NCBI GenBank assembly: GCA_965237805.1
Contig: OZ250153.1
Location: 512,001 to 576,000, forward strand
Direction of reading: 5' to 3'
Length of the DNA stretch: 64,000 bases
Source: Gammaproteobacteria bacterium
Lineage (GTDB): Bacteria; Pseudomonadota; Gammaproteobacteria; JABABF01
Part shown: piece after piece, positions 53,601-64,000 of the stretch
How the letters are laid out: each line of letters begins with the position of its first letter
Numbering within the stretch: the stretch's first letter is position 1
Position numbers and translations under genes: made by a program
Notes under the pieces: generated by a model
The model's input: only the letters and a program-made list of their open reading frames with translations
What the model was told of the DNA's origin: nothing
Database searches by the model: none

Positions 53601-54437
53601 CTAATCGGCGACACCCAACACCTGTTGCATGCTGTACCAACCGGCGGGACGCCCTTGCAGCCAGCGCGCCGCCTGCAAGGCACCGGCGGCGAACACCCGC
53701 CGGTTCGGCGCGGCATGCGACAGCTCGATCTCCTCATCACCCCATGCGAACACCACCCGGTGCTCACAGTTCAGCGCCTGCCTGCGGCTGGAGCTGAAGC
53801 CCACGGTGCGCGGCGCTCTGGAGCCGGGCTCCGGTGCCAAGTCCCGCGCTGAGATGCGGCGGTCGTAGAGGGCCTCGGCGATGAGATTCCCCAAGTGCAA
53901 CGCCGTGCCTGAGGGGCGATCCTTTTTGTGGCGGGAATGCTTCTCGGCGATGTCTACCTCGATATCGTCCACCACCTCGGCACCCCGCAGATAGCGCGTC
54001 ACACCCGCAGCGAGATGGAACAGCAAATTGGCCCCCGTGCTGACATTCTCGGCGTAGACCAAGGGTAGCTCGGCTGCGGCCTCGCGCATGGCGGCAAGAT
54101 GATCCTCGCCCAAGCCAGTCATGCAGATGACCATTGGGATGCGAGCCGCCGTACATTCCGACAAGCGCGCCATCAGCGCCTCGGGCAGGCTGAAGTCGAT
54201 CAGTACATCGGCCTGAGATCGTTGCGGCGACCAAGTGGACTCGATGGGCACGCCATTGGCCTCGGCTCCGCCCCACAGACCACTGTCTTGACCAATGCCC
54301 TGCGTTTTTCCGATCGCCGCCACCAACAGCGTGTCAGCTGCCTCGGCGATGGCCTGCACCAAAGCCTGCCCCACCTTGCCGGCGGCACCGCCGAGAGCCA
54401 CCCGCAATGGCGTGGAAGAAGTCGCCTGTTCACTCAT
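53601..54437 (-). CDS. dapB: 4-hydroxy-tetrahydrodipicolinate reductase
   Basis: GAAGKVG, IDFS.P, E.H.RHK.D.PSGTA, H.A..R.VFA.GA..AA.WL; follows dnaJ. Confidence 0.92.
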   Translation of the reverse strand: MSEQATSSTPLRVALGGAAGKVGQALVQAIAEAADTLLVAAIGKTQGIGQDSGLWGGAEANGVPIESTWSPQRSQADVLIDFSLPEALMARLSECTAARIPMVICMTGLGEDHLAAMREAAAELPLVYAENVSTGANLLFHLAAGVTRYLRGAEVVDDIEVDIAEKHSRHKKDRPSGTALHLGNLIAEALYDRRISARDLAPEPGSRAPRTVGFSSSRRQALNCEHRVVFAWGDEEIELSHAAPNRRVFAAGALQAARWLQGRPAGWYSMQQVLGVAD

Positions 54438-54522
54438 GACAATAGCCATTGTCAATCAATGAACGAGCTGATGGCAAGCCGCCCCCGAACACTGCGCTCC
54501 GCAGCTGGCGGGCGAGCCTAGC

Positions 54523-55665
54523 TCAGCCGTCACCCTCGGCAGAAAAATGCTGTTTGAGACGCTGTAGCCAAGAGTTGCGCTGCGGGCTGTGTCTGGTCTT
54601 ATGATCCATGGTGTCGGCCAAATCCAACAGCAAGCGGCGCTGGTTCTCGTCGAGATTGCGCGGCGTCTCGACCACCACCCGGCACAGCAGATCACCCGGC
54701 GCAGCGCGGCGCAATGTGCGCACCCCCTTGCCCCGCAGCCGCAACACTTCGCCGCTTTGGATGCCCGCCTTGAGCTTGGTGCGCAGCTTGCCACCGCCCA
54801 ATGCCGGCAGCTCCAGCGGGCCGCCCAGTGACGCCTCGATGATATCTACCGTCGCCTCGCAGCGCAGATCACGGCCCTCTCGCTGAAACATCGAATGCGG
54901 GCGCACTTTGACGCGGATAAACAGATCGCCAGGCGGCGCACCGCGCACCCCGGCCTCACCCTTGCCATGCAGGCGGAGCTCTTCGCCATCGTCCACTCCC
55001 GGCGGAATCTTCACCGACATGGTCTCGCTCTCGTTGACGCGGCCACTGCCACCACAGTCGCTACAGGGGTCGCCGATCTCGTGACCACCACCGCCGCAAT
55101 GTGGGCAACTCTGCCGCACTGTGAAGATGCCTTGGGTCATACGCACCGTGCCACTGCCATGGCAGTGGCGGCAACGCACCGGCCCGCTGTCCGAGGCCGA
55201 GCCACTACCATCGCAAGCAGTGCAGGCCACCGGCCGCGAGGGCAATGTCACGCGCTCGCTACAGCCCGCCACCGCCTGTTCTAAGTCCAGCGTCAAGACG
55301 AAGCGCAGATGACGCCCCTGCTGAGACTGTCGATGCCTAGAGCCACCGATGTCACCATCGCGGAAGATGTTGCCGAAGATATCACCGAAGATGTCCTCGA
55401 AGCCCGCACCGAAGCCCGCACCACCACTTTGTTGGGCCATACGCAGCCCGTCGTGGCCAAAACGATCGTAAGTGTTGCGCTGCTCGGCATCAGACAACAC
55501 CCCATAGGCCTCATTGGCCTCTTTGAGGCACTCTTCGGCAGCTTCGTCACCGGGATTGCGGTCGGGGTGGTTGCGCATCGCCAAGCGGCGATACGCCCCC
55601 TTCAACTCGCGCTCATCGGCGTCTTTGGAGACGCCGAGAACTTGATAATAGTCGCGTTTGGCCAT
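54523..55665 (-). CDS. dnaJ: Chaperone DnaJ
   Basis: J domain with HPD, four CxxCxGxG repeats. Confidence 0.98.
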   Translation of the reverse strand: MAKRDYYQVLGVSKDADERELKGAYRRLAMRNHPDRNPGDEAAEECLKEANEAYGVLSDAEQRNTYDRFGHDGLRMAQQSGGAGFGAGFEDIFGDIFGNIFRDGDIGGSRHRQSQQGRHLRFVLTLDLEQAVAGCSERVTLPSRPVACTACDGSGSASDSGPVRCRHCHGSGTVRMTQGIFTVRQSCPHCGGGGHEIGDPCSDCGGSGRVNESETMSVKIPPGVDDGEELRLHGKGEAGVRGAPPGDLFIRVKVRPHSMFQREGRDLRCEATVDIIEASLGGPLELPALGGGKLRTKLKAGIQSGEVLRLRGKGVRTLRRAAPGDLLCRVVVETPRNLDENQRRLLLDLADTMDHKTRHSPQRNSWLQRLKQHFSAEGDG

Positions 55666-55727
55666 CGATTACCGCGCCACCTCATGGCTACCGCGATCGG
55701 CTAATGCAACCGTGCGCGCGACGCCCC

Positions 55728-57662
55728 TCAGGCAGCTGTGCCGCTAGAGGCTTGATTGTCGTCGTTCACTTCTTCGACCTCGACATCGACCACCTGCTCG
55801 CCGTCGCCATCCGTGGCATCAACAACATCCGGCCCGGCCGCCTCGGCCCGCTCTTGGGCTTTGCGCATCAGCGGTGCCGCCGCCTCGCTGAGTTTTTGAA
55901 TCGCTTCGTCAATGGCTTCACGATCATCGCCCGGCACCGCCTCAGTCACCACCGCTATGCTCTCTTCGAGAGATTTTTTCTCCTCGTCGTCCAGCGCGTC
56001 GTCGAGATCGGCCATCATCTTGCCAGTGGAGTGCACCAAGGCCTCGGCGCTGTTGCGCGCCGCCACCAACTGCTCGAACTGGCGATCGGCCTCAGCATTG
56101 GACTCGGCATCGCGCACCATGCGGTCGATCTCTTCCTCCGATAGACCGCTGGAGCCACTGATGCGTATCGACTGCTCGCGGTTGGCCTGCTGCTCCTTGG
56201 CCGCAACATTGAGGATGCCGTTGGCATCGATGTCAAAAGTGACCTCGATCTGTGGCATGCCGCGCGGGGCTCCGGGGATATCGCAGAGGTCGAAGCGCCC
56301 TAGCGACTTGTTGTCGGATACCTTCTTGCGCTCCCCTTGGCAGATGTGCACTGTCACCGTGTTCTGATTGTCCTCGGCGGTGGAAAAAGTTTGCGACTTG
56401 CGGGTCGGGATGGTGGTGTTCTTATCGATCAGCGGTGTCATGACCCCGCCCAAGGTCTCGATGCCCAGCGTCAGCGGTGTCACATCGAGCAACAGCACAT
56501 CCTTGACATCGCCGGAGAGTACCGCACCTTGAATCGCCGCTCCCATTGCCACCGCTTCATCCGGGTTGAGGTCTTTGCGTGGCTCCCGACCGAAGAATGA
56601 TTTGACTTTCTCGCGCACCAGCGGCATCCGCGTCTGTCCGCCGACCAGCAGCACTTCGGAGATAGCGCCAGCATCGAGCTTGGCATCCTGCAAGGCCACG
56701 CGCATCGGCTCCAGCGTCTTATCCACCAAATCTTCGACCAAGGACTCGAGTTTGGCGCGGGTCAGCTGCATCACTAAATGCTTCGGACCGCTGCTGTCGG
56801 CAGTGATGTAGGGCAGGTTGATCTCGGTTTGCTGGCCACTCGACAGCTCGATCTTAGCCTTTTCAGATGCCTCTTTGAGCCGCTGGCGAGCCAAGGGGTC
56901 GCCGCGTAGATCCATGCCGTTCTCTTGCTCGAAGAAAGTGGCCAGATGATCGATCAGGCGCTGGTCGAAATCCTCGCCGCCGAGGAAGGTGTCGCCATTG
57001 GTGGACAGCACTTCGAACTGGCGTTCGCCGTCGACCTCGGCCGATTCGATGATCGAGATGTCAAAAGTGCCGCCACCCAAGTCGTAGACGGCCACTGTGT
57101 GGTCGCTGCCACGCTTGTCCATGCCGTAGGCCAACGCCGCCGCCGTTGGCTCGTTGACAACACGCTTGACATCGAGGCCAGCAATGCGGCCAGCATCTTT
57201 GGTCGCCTTGCGCTGGGAGTCATTGAAGTAGGCTGGCACCGTCACCACCACCTCGGTGACTTCAGTGCCCAAGTACTCCTCGGCAGTCTTCTTCATCTTC
57301 ATCAGCACTTGGGCAGAGACCTCTGGCGGTGCCATCTTGCGCCCGCGCACCTCGACCCAAGCGTCGCCGTTGTCCGCGCCAATAATTTTGTACGGCACCA
57401 AGTCTTTATCGCGCTGGACCACATCGTCTTTGAACTTGCGACCGACCAGCCGCTTGATCGCATACAGCGTGTTCTCCGGATTGGTCACCGCTTGGCGCTT
57501 GGCTGCTTGGCCGACCAGAATCTCGTCCTTTTCTGTGTAGGCAACCAGCGAGGGCGTCGTGCGCGCCCCCTCCGAATTCTCGATGACCTTAGCCGTTTTG
57601 CCCTCGACCACAGCGACACAGGAATTAGTTGTGCCGAGGTCGATGCCCACAATCTTGCCCAT
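55728..57662 (-). CDS. dnaK: Chaperone DnaK
   Basis: [34 protein letters not shown]. Confidence 0.99.
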   Translation of the reverse strand: MGKIVGIDLGTTNSCVAVVEGKTAKVIENSEGARTTPSLVAYTEKDEILVGQAAKRQAVTNPENTLYAIKRLVGRKFKDDVVQRDKDLVPYKIIGADNGDAWVEVRGRKMAPPEVSAQVLMKMKKTAEEYLGTEVTEVVVTVPAYFNDSQRKATKDAGRIAGLDVKRVVNEPTAAALAYGMDKRGSDHTVAVYDLGGGTFDISIIESAEVDGERQFEVLSTNGDTFLGGEDFDQRLIDHLATFFEQENGMDLRGDPLARQRLKEASEKAKIELSSGQQTEINLPYITADSSGPKHLVMQLTRAKLESLVEDLVDKTLEPMRVALQDAKLDAGAISEVLLVGGQTRMPLVREKVKSFFGREPRKDLNPDEAVAMGAAIQGAVLSGDVKDVLLLDVTPLTLGIETLGGVMTPLIDKNTTIPTRKSQTFSTAEDNQNTVTVHICQGERKKVSDNKSLGRFDLCDIPGAPRGMPQIEVTFDIDANGILNVAAKEQQANREQSIRISGSSGLSEEEIDRMVRDAESNAEADRQFEQLVAARNSAEALVHSTGKMMADLDDALDDEEKKSLEESIAVVTEAVPGDDREAIDEAIQKLSEAAAPLMRKAQERAEAAGPDVVDATDGDGEQVVDVEVEEVNDDNQASSGTAA

Positions 57663-57710
57663 AGTTTTCTGTCTCCCTAGATGAGAGTGCCGCCCTGTGC
57701 CCGGTAGGCC

Positions 57711-58475
57711 TCAGGCTGCGGTCTCGTTGTGTTCCAAGCCGCTGTCCGTGTGTTCTGAGCCACCGTCCACCGCCGTTTCTATCTCGTCCTCTAACACCGA
57801 TGGTGCCGTCACCACCACCCGCGCAGCCCGCAACAAGCGGTCGTGCAGGGTGTAGCCGCGCTGCACGACCTGCATCACCGTGTGGGGCACCACCGATGGG
57901 TCCTCCGCCGCCACCGAAGCGATCGCCTCGTGGAAAAGCGGGTCGAAGACCTGCCCTTGGGGATCTAACTCCTTGAGCCCATTGCGCTGCAACAGCTCGA
58001 GCAGATTGCGCCGCGTCAGGCGGATGCCCTCGACCAGCGGCTCGATCGCCTCACCCGTCACCTCGGCACCAGCTGCCACCACCGCAGCTGCTGTGTCGAC
58101 GGCGAGCCGCAACCCGTCCAACACTGGCGGCAGCTCGCTCATGAACTCTGCCAGCTGGTGGCGGCGGCTACGCTCCATCTGCTGCTCAGCGCGACGCTGC
58201 ACCGCCTCCATCTCATTGCGCGCATCGGCTACTTGGCGCAATAACTCGTCCCCACGCGCCTGCTCCACCTCGAGCTGGGCACGCAACTGCTCCAATTCCG
58301 ATGGTGGACTTTGTCCCGCCTCAGCGAGCCCGGCCACATCGGCATCGACCGCGGCTACCGGAGCCGCCAGCTCGCCGTCAATGCCGCCAGCTCCATCAGA
58401 CGTTGGCAGGTCGACGGGCTCGACCGTCTCAGCCCCGGAGGCGGGCGCTTCAGGCTGTCGCTCTCTGCTGGCCAT
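57711..58475 (-). CDS. grpE: Nucleotide exchange factor GrpE
   Basis: FDPLFHEA, VQRGYTLHDRLLRAARVVV. Confidence 0.95.
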   Translation of the reverse strand: MASRERQPEAPASGAETVEPVDLPTSDGAGGIDGELAAPVAAVDADVAGLAEAGQSPPSELEQLRAQLEVEQARGDELLRQVADARNEMEAVQRRAEQQMERSRRHQLAEFMSELPPVLDGLRLAVDTAAAVVAAGAEVTGEAIEPLVEGIRLTRRNLLELLQRNGLKELDPQGQVFDPLFHEAIASVAAEDPSVVPHTVMQVVQRGYTLHDRLLRAARVVVTAPSVLEDEIETAVDGGSEHTDSGLEHNETAA

Positions 58476-58550
58476 AGCCGACACACTCCCGTCCAAAGTG
58501 CGCCCTAGCGCAACCCCAATCTGGTCAAATCTCAGTTCAGCCTATTCCTT

Positions 58551-58579
58551 ATATGGGGATGGAAGCGGTGCAATTCAAG
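58551..58579 (-). promoter_or_regulatory. Sigma32 (RpoH) heat-shock promoter for grpE-dnaK-dnaJ
   Basis: CTTGAA, 15 nt, CCCCATAT on the minus strand. Confidence 0.85.
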
Positions 58580-58635
58580 CGCCATGGGCGACACGGCAAT
58601 CTATAATCGGCAATGGGTCGGCCTTGCGAGCCTTC

Positions 58636-60318
58636 ATGCTGAGCGAACTGTGCATCCGGGATTTTGCCGTGCTCGGGCAGCTGGAGCTGGAATTTGCTGC
58701 CGGTATGACGGTGATCACTGGCGAGACGGGTGCTGGCAAATCGCTGCTGTTAGACGCCTTGGGGCTGGCGCTGGGTAGCCGCGCAGACGGCGGACGTGCA
58801 GTGCGGGCGGGTTGTGTGCGAGCCGAGATCAGTGCCCGCTTCCAACTCGAACCCCACAGCACCGCACTGGCTTGGTTGCGGGACGGGGGATGGGACGAGG
58901 ACGAGAGCACCACTGGCAGCACCGAATGCTTGGTGCAACGTAGCATCGGCGCTGAAGGACGCAGTCGCGCACGCATCAATGGCAGACCCTGCACCGTGCG
59001 CGAGCTGCGTGAACTGGGTGAACAGTTGGCGGTGCTACACGGTCAGCACGCCCACTACAGCTTGACCAGCACCGAGACCCAGCGCCAATTGCTCGACAGC
59101 GAGGAAGCCGCCGCCGAGCCCGCCGCCCGTGTGCGCGAAGCCGCCGCGCACTGGCGTGAGCTGCACCGACAACTGGCGGCACCAGACCGCACTACAGACA
59201 GCACACGCGGCGAGCTGCTGCGCTACCAGTGCCAAGAGTTGGGTGAGTTGGGCACGAGTCGGGCAGAGCTCGAAGCGCTCGATGAGGAACACCGCCGTTT
59301 GGCGGGAGCCGACGAGCTGAGAGCGCGTGTTGGCGAGGCGCTGGCAAGCTGCGGGGATGGGGCAGTGGCAACCGCGCTGACGGCCATCGCCGAGGCAGTG
59401 GGACGCGATGCGCAGCTGGGTGAAAGCCTCGAGCTACTGCAGGGTGCATCATCCCAGCTCGCCGAGGCGCAACGCACGATGACGGCCTACTTGGAGTCGC
59501 TGGAGGGCGATCCGGAACGGCTCGCAACAGTGGAGGGACGCCTGGCTGCGATCCACCGGGTGGCCCGCAAACATCGTATCCCAGAGGCCGAGCTACCAGC
59601 ACTAGCGGAGCGACTACAAGCCGAGCTGGCAGCGCTGGAAGCCACCTCGGCGCGGCGCGAAGCGCTACAGCGGCAAATCGAAGACGCCGAGGCGCGCTAC
59701 CGGCAGGCAGCCGATGCACTGAGCAGGGGCCGCGCCGATACCGCCAAACGGCTAGCACCCGCCGTGACAGCACTGTTGCGCGAGTTGGATCTGCCCCATG
59801 CCCGCTTTGCTGTGCACTTGGCACCACGCGACGACAGCACCCCCTCCGCTCTGGGTGCCGAATCACCGACATTCGAATTCGGTGCCAATCCCGGGCAGCC
59901 GATGGGGCCGCTCAGCCAAGTGCCCTCGGGTGGTGAACTGTCGCGCTTGGGACTCGCCCTGCAGGTGGCCACCGCCGCGCGCGCCGCACCGGACTGCCTA
60001 GTCTTTGACGAGGCCGACACCGGCGTCGGTAGCGCCGCCGCCAGCCGCGTCGGGGCGCTGTTGCGAGCCTTAGGAGACAGCTGCCAAGTGCTGTGCGTCA
60101 CCCATTTGGCGCAAGTGGCCAGCTGCGCAACTTGGCATCTGGTGGCGGACAAGATCACCGAGGAATCGCAGAGCCACAGCCAAGTGCGTCCCTTGGAGGA
60201 CGAAGCAGCGCGGGTGCAGGAGATCGCACGCCTGCTCTCTGGACGGCACACCAGCCAGCGCTCGCTGGCACATGCGCGCGAGATTCTGGCAGCGGCGACA
60301 GCAACCGCCCACGGCTGA
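58636..60318 (+). CDS. recN: DNA repair protein RecN
   Basis: TGETGAGKS, HGQH, SGGELSR, FDEADTG, CVTHLAQVA; ATG at 58636. Confidence 0.96.
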   Translation: MLSELCIRDFAVLGQLELEFAAGMTVITGETGAGKSLLLDALGLALGSRADGGRAVRAGCVRAEISARFQLEPHSTALAWLRDGGWDEDESTTGSTECLVQRSIGAEGRSRARINGRPCTVRELRELGEQLAVLHGQHAHYSLTSTETQRQLLDSEEAAAEPAARVREAAAHWRELHRQLAAPDRTTDSTRGELLRYQCQELGELGTSRAELEALDEEHRRLAGADELRARVGEALASCGDGAVATALTAIAEAVGRDAQLGESLELLQGASSQLAEAQRTMTAYLESLEGDPERLATVEGRLAAIHRVARKHRIPEAELPALAERLQAELAALEATSARREALQRQIEDAEARYRQAADALSRGRADTAKRLAPAVTALLRELDLPHARFAVHLAPRDDSTPSALGAESPTFEFGANPGQPMGPLSQVPSGGELSRLGLALQVATAARAAPDCLVFDEADTGVGSAAASRVGALLRALGDSCQVLCVTHLAQVASCATWHLVADKITEESQSHSQVRPLEDEAARVQEIARLLSGRHTSQRSLAHAREILAAATATAHG

Positions 60319-60363
60319 TTGGAAGAGCCGCCAGAACGCGGGTTTCAGCCCGGGTGGATGGTG

Positions 60364-60819
60364 CTAGCTAGCGCTGTCTTTGGGGCGCACAAAGAGCACG
60401 AGTCGGTGCCCGACCAAATCGTAGCCAGCCAGCGCAGCGATCTCGTGTTGCAAGCGCTCAATGTCGGCATTGCAGAACTCTTCGACGCGCCCGCTCTCCA
60501 CACAGATCATGTGGTCATGGTGACTGCGATGAGCCAATTCGAAGACCGCATGCTCACCCGCGAAATTGTGGCGGTCGACCAGACCAGCCTGCTCGAACTG
60601 GCTCAACACCCGGTAGATGGTCGTCAAGCCAACTTGGCGCTCGTCCCGCCGCAGATGCTCAAGGATTTCTTCAGCACTGAGATGCTGGCTAGTGTCGGCT
60701 GCTTTTTCGAGTGCCCGTAAAATGTCGCGCCGAGGGCGCGTCAGTTTGAGCCCCGCATGTTGTAGTGCCCGATCGCCGTGCAGCTCGGTCTCGCGTAGTG
60801 GTGCCACATCGACCATCAC
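60364..60819 (-). CDS. fur: Ferric uptake regulator
   Basis: AGLK.T.PR..IL, H.SAEE, GL.TIYRVL.QF..AG, HHDHMIC. Confidence 0.95.
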   Translation of the reverse strand: MMVDVAPLRETELHGDRALQHAGLKLTRPRRDILRALEKAADTSQHLSAEEILEHLRRDERQVGLTTIYRVLSQFEQAGLVDRHNFAGEHAVFELAHRSHHDHMICVESGRVEEFCNADIERLQHEIAALAGYDLVGHRLVLFVRPKDSAS

Positions 60820-60888
60820 CGCTGTCCCCTACACCCTGCAACCGCTTCTATTATGCTTTAAAAGCACCCAGATGGGGATTACGCCACC

Positions 60889-61284
60889 ATGCCCAAGATC
60901 AACCCTAAACTCGCCGTCGCCACAGCGGTCGTGCTGGCGCTCAGCGCCTGCAGCTTCGATTGGTTGCCGGGCAGCTACCGCGTCTTGCTCCGAGAAGGCA
61001 AGATGCCGAACACCAAGCAGCTCGACCGGCTACGGGTCGGGATGACCAAGCGACAGGTGCGCCTACTGCTCGGCGAACCGGTGTTGCGCAACCCTTTCCA
61101 CAAACATTTGTGGTACTACATCCGGCGCGAAGAGACGTCCAAGCGGCGAGTGTCAGAACAATGCCTCGCATTGCGCTTCAAGGGTGAGGCGCTGACGCAC
61201 TTCGTGGAGAAGTCACGCGAAGTGCACATCGCAGGGGATGCGCAACCGTGGTGCGGCCCACAGGCAGCCAAGGTCAAACACTAG
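60889..61284 (+). CDS. bamE: Outer membrane assembly lipoprotein BamE
   Basis: LSAC lipobox, GMTKRQV..LLG.P...PF....W.Y; divergent from fur. Confidence 0.9.
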   Translation: MPKINPKLAVATAVVLALSACSFDWLPGSYRVLLREGKMPNTKQLDRLRVGMTKRQVRLLLGEPVLRNPFHKHLWYYIRREETSKRRVSEQCLALRFKGEALTHFVEKSREVHIAGDAQPWCGPQAAKVKH

Positions 61285-61329
61285 CAGAGGGCTAGAGAGC
61301 GGCGGGGCGCCCGCGCCGAGCTGGCCGCA

Positions 61330-61704
61330 TCAATTGTCAGCGGGAGTTGCTCCGGTAGCTGCGGACGCGGAGCTCTGTGACTGCTCTGCCTTTTGCTCCG
61401 CCCGCTTGCGGCGTTGCTCTTTGGGATCGGCCACCAGCGGGCGATAGATCTCGACGCGCTCGCCATCGCGCAAGACGCGGCTTTTAGGATCGGGCACCGC
61501 TTCGGAGAAAATGCCCATCGGCATCTCATCCAGATTGATCTGCCCCGCAAAGAACTCGGCGATGCCGGAGCGCACGGCGGCATCGTAGACGGTGCAGCCT
61601 TTTTCCACCTCCAGTGCCACGATGCGCTGGCGATCGGGCAGGGCGAAGGCCACCTCAACGCCGATGCGGCGCGCGACACCATCGGGCGCGGATCGATCAG
61701 CCAT
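61330..61704 (-). CDS. rnfH: RnfH/RatB ubiquitin-like protein
   Basis: VEVAFALP..Q, GIF, RVEIYRPLVADPKE.RR.RA. Confidence 0.93.
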   Translation of the reverse strand: MADRSAPDGVARRIGVEVAFALPDRQRIVALEVEKGCTVYDAAVRSGIAEFFAGQINLDEMPMGIFSEAVPDPKSRVLRDGERVEIYRPLVADPKEQRRKRAEQKAEQSQSSASAATGATPADN

Positions 61705-62128
61705 ATTGCCGATGCGCCTCCGCACACATCGCCGCCATCGCACGATCGGCCGCCCGCTCTGACAGTCTGCCAAATAGCTGCCCGAGCAACCAACCCTCGG
61801 GCTCGCAATCCAGCGCCAACTCAACGCGGCAGGCGGCGGTGTCGAGGGCGTGGAAGCGCCAGCATCCACGCAGCTGCCGAAACGGCCCCTCCTCCAAGTC
61901 CAGCTTGATGTGCTCAGGGCGCCGCCAACGGTTGCGCGTCACCACTTGGTAGCGTCGCCCCAGCACCGACAACTCGAGACGGGCACGCACACCATCCACA
62001 TCGTGCGACAACAACTCAGCGCCCACACAACCCGGCACAAAGTCCGGGTAGCGGGTACAGTCCTCGACCAAGTGGAACATCTGTTCGCGCGGATAGGGCA
62101 GGATGGCGCTGCGCTTGATGGTCTGCAT
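61697..62128 (-). CDS. ratA: RatA/Coq10 START-domain protein
   Basis: RSAILPY...QMF.LV.D...YP.FVP.C, TRN, GPFRQLRG.W.F. Confidence 0.93.
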   Translation of the reverse strand: MQTIKRSAILPYPREQMFHLVEDCTRYPDFVPGCVGAELLSHDVDGVRARLELSVLGRRYQVVTRNRWRRPEHIKLDLEEGPFRQLRGCWRFHALDTAACRVELALDCEPEGWLLGQLFGRLSERAADRAMAAMCAEAHRQYG

Positions 62129-62276
62129 GGGGTGGCCTGCGGGCAGACGCGCAGCGGCAAGAGACTGGAGGCAGTATAACCACCGACACGCGATGGCAAA
62201 TGTTCTCTGCACAGACTGTCCCCCGCCCCGGCACCGTTGACACCAAGCATCCCAGAAACTAGCATAGAGCATCAAT

Positions 62277-62638
62277 GGGGGCGTTACCACTGGATTCGAC
62301 GGCGGTGACCAATCCTATAGGTGCATGCCGAGGGGGCTCGCGGTCCTCGTAAAATCCACGCGGCGAACAACTAGTCGACACTAACGACTACGCTCTGGCG
62401 GCTTAAGCCCCGCCAGCGGTTCTTCGAGGGGTGATCTGTCTCCCTTGAGCTGAACCGTCATAACGACAGGTCTGTCGCGTGGATTGTCTGGGCCACGCAG
62501 ACAGTACAACCAGGCTCGCCCACCGAAGTCCCTGCCCGTCGGGACGAGGAATTGGGCTAAAGCAATCGACGGGACAAGCATGTAGAGCCTGAGGAAAAGT
62601 GCCGACGGACACGGGTTCGACTCCCGTCGCCTCCACCA
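62277..62638 (+). ncRNA. ssrA: tmRNA
   Basis: 5' GGGGGCG...GGATTCGAC, GCATGCCGAG, tag frame ending YALAA-stop (62377-62406), 3' GGTTCGACTCCC...CGCCTCCACCA with G3-U pair. Confidence 0.97.
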
Positions 62639-62963
62639 ATCATCGCTAACAACGCAACGATGCAATGCGGGATGGCAAATCCGACATCTGACGATAGCCA
62701 GCTACCAGAAAACAATGGCGCGCTGCAGGTGTGGGAATGAGGACTTAGCCGAAAAATAAAGGGGCTATTGCACGAAAATTCAACCATGCCTTAGGGCATG
62801 GCTGAGCGAATAACAACCAGAAAATCAGACAAAAGATAAAAAGCACATACCCCCAATATTTTGTTTTTTACGAAGCCGCATACTCAAGAGTACTGTGAGA
62901 TGGCGGTGGTCGGCACGACAAGCGCGCACACCGGACACACACAGCTGAGCTATAGGCACACTA

Positions 62964-63941
62964 CTAGGCATCCGTTGCAGAGTGGTACCCCTGCAGGCAG
63001 ACACGGACGGACTGCGCCACGCTTTGGGTGGGCTCCCAACCCAACTCTGCTTTGGCCTTGGACACGTCCGGGATGCGGGTGATGACATCGTCATCGTACT
63101 CTTTGACCGTCTCGAAGCGCAGCTCGCCACTGCTCGACATCAAATCTAGGTCTTGGGCACTCTGATAGATCAGCAAGGCCAAATCGCGCATCGACATCGG
63201 CTCTGGATTGCCCAAATTGTAGGTCTCGCCATCCGTTTTGGACTGAAATGAGAACTCGGCGATGGCGCGGGCGATATCACCGATCCAAGTAAAGCAACGG
63301 ACTTGATGGCCATCGCCGATGATCGGCAATGGGTTCTTGCGTTCGCCGATGATATTGCGGATGAAATCGGCGAAGACATGGCTGATCCCCTGCTCGGCCT
63401 CGCCCTGCTCGTGCGGGGTGATGATGTTGAAGGGACGCCAAATGACATGGCGCAAACCGTGCTGAGCGGCAAAGGCTCCGCACAGTTTTTCACCCATCAG
63501 CTTACTCATCCCGTAATCAGTGGCAGGGATCTTCGACTCAAAGGCATCCTGCTCCCGGCTGGGATGCTGTTGACAGCGCTCGTAAACCATCGACGAACTG
63601 ATATAGCAGACTTTGGAGACGCCGTGCTTCACCGCCGCCTGCAGGATATTGCTGTGCAACATCACATCTTTGGACAAGATGTCGGCGGGGTACTTGTGGA
63701 AACCACCGACACCGTAAATCAGAGCGGCCGCTTGGACAACGCCGTCGACACCGCGCAACAAGGGATCGACGAGATCGGGATCGCTGAGATCCCCGCGCAC
63801 GAACTCATAATCCCGTCGCCGGTCAATCTCGCCGTAGCGGGCAAAGTTGTCCACCCCCGTGACCGTGTGTCCCTGCGCGAGCAACAAGGGCATGAGCTGT
63901 TGCATCAATGAGCCTTCGGAACCGGTAACGAGGAGTTTCAC
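62964..63941 (-). CDS. NAD-dependent nucleotide-sugar epimerase/dehydratase (extended SDR)
   Basis: LVTGSEG, ISSSMVY, YGMSK, RPFN, GDG.QVRCFTWI.D, NLGNP. Confidence 0.92.
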   Translation of the reverse strand: MKLLVTGSEGSLMQQLMPLLLAQGHTVTGVDNFARYGEIDRRRDYEFVRGDLSDPDLVDPLLRGVDGVVQAAALIYGVGGFHKYPADILSKDVMLHSNILQAAVKHGVSKVCYISSSMVYERCQQHPSREQDAFESKIPATDYGMSKLMGEKLCGAFAAQHGLRHVIWRPFNIITPHEQGEAEQGISHVFADFIRNIIGERKNPLPIIGDGHQVRCFTWIGDIARAIAEFSFQSKTDGETYNLGNPEPMSMRDLALLIYQSAQDLDLMSSSGELRFETVKEYDDDVITRIPDVSKAKAELGWEPTQSVAQSVRVCLQGYHSATDA

Positions 63942-63944
63942 GAG

Positions 63945-64000
63945 TCAGTCCCGCATGCCTTCGAACACAGTGGTGCGATACCGTTGATTGTCATCCAGCA
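63945..64000 (-). CDS. 3' end of an upstream gene truncated by the window edge
   Basis: Open frame LDDNQRYRTTVFEGMRD-stop ends 3 nt before the epimerase start. Confidence 0.4.
   Translation of the reverse strand, partial: LDDNQRYRTTVFEGMRD

Noticed and set aside
57880-58635. 252-aa N-terminal extension of RecN
   Set aside because: Overlaps grpE and its sigma32 promoter on the other strand; RecN homology begins at 58636.

Overview
GC-rich gammaproteobacterial chromosome segment; the gene content is suggestive of a marine, possibly sponge-associated lineage (inference only). The left half (1-32.8 kb) is accessory and metabolic. It holds eight SDRs, an epoxide hydrolase, EthD and SnoaL proteins, a TonB-dependent receptor, four paralogous DUF3604 proteins with a DUF1214 gene, a secreted TPR protein, a GH3-DUF2141 fusion lacking its nucleophile, and an XRE-ImmA/IrrE plus frameshifted PIN (DUF4411) pair. 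The right half is the conserved core run tRNA-Leu, secG (scrambled), tpiA, glmM, folP, ftsH, rlmE, greA, carB, carA, [~9 kb insertion], dapB, dnaJ, dnaK, grpE, recN, fur, bamE, rnfH, ratA, ssrA (smpB absent at its usual place). The insertion carries the most unusual locus, at 45.0-45.9 kb: a 4x28-bp repeat array and inverted operator, an orphan coiled-coil/winged-helix gene, a ~210-nt multi-hairpin element and a convergent sigma70 promoter. It also carries a Fic gene preceded by 3x41-bp repeats and a System II cytochrome c maturation cassette. All family calls are from motif recognition by eye; no searches were run.
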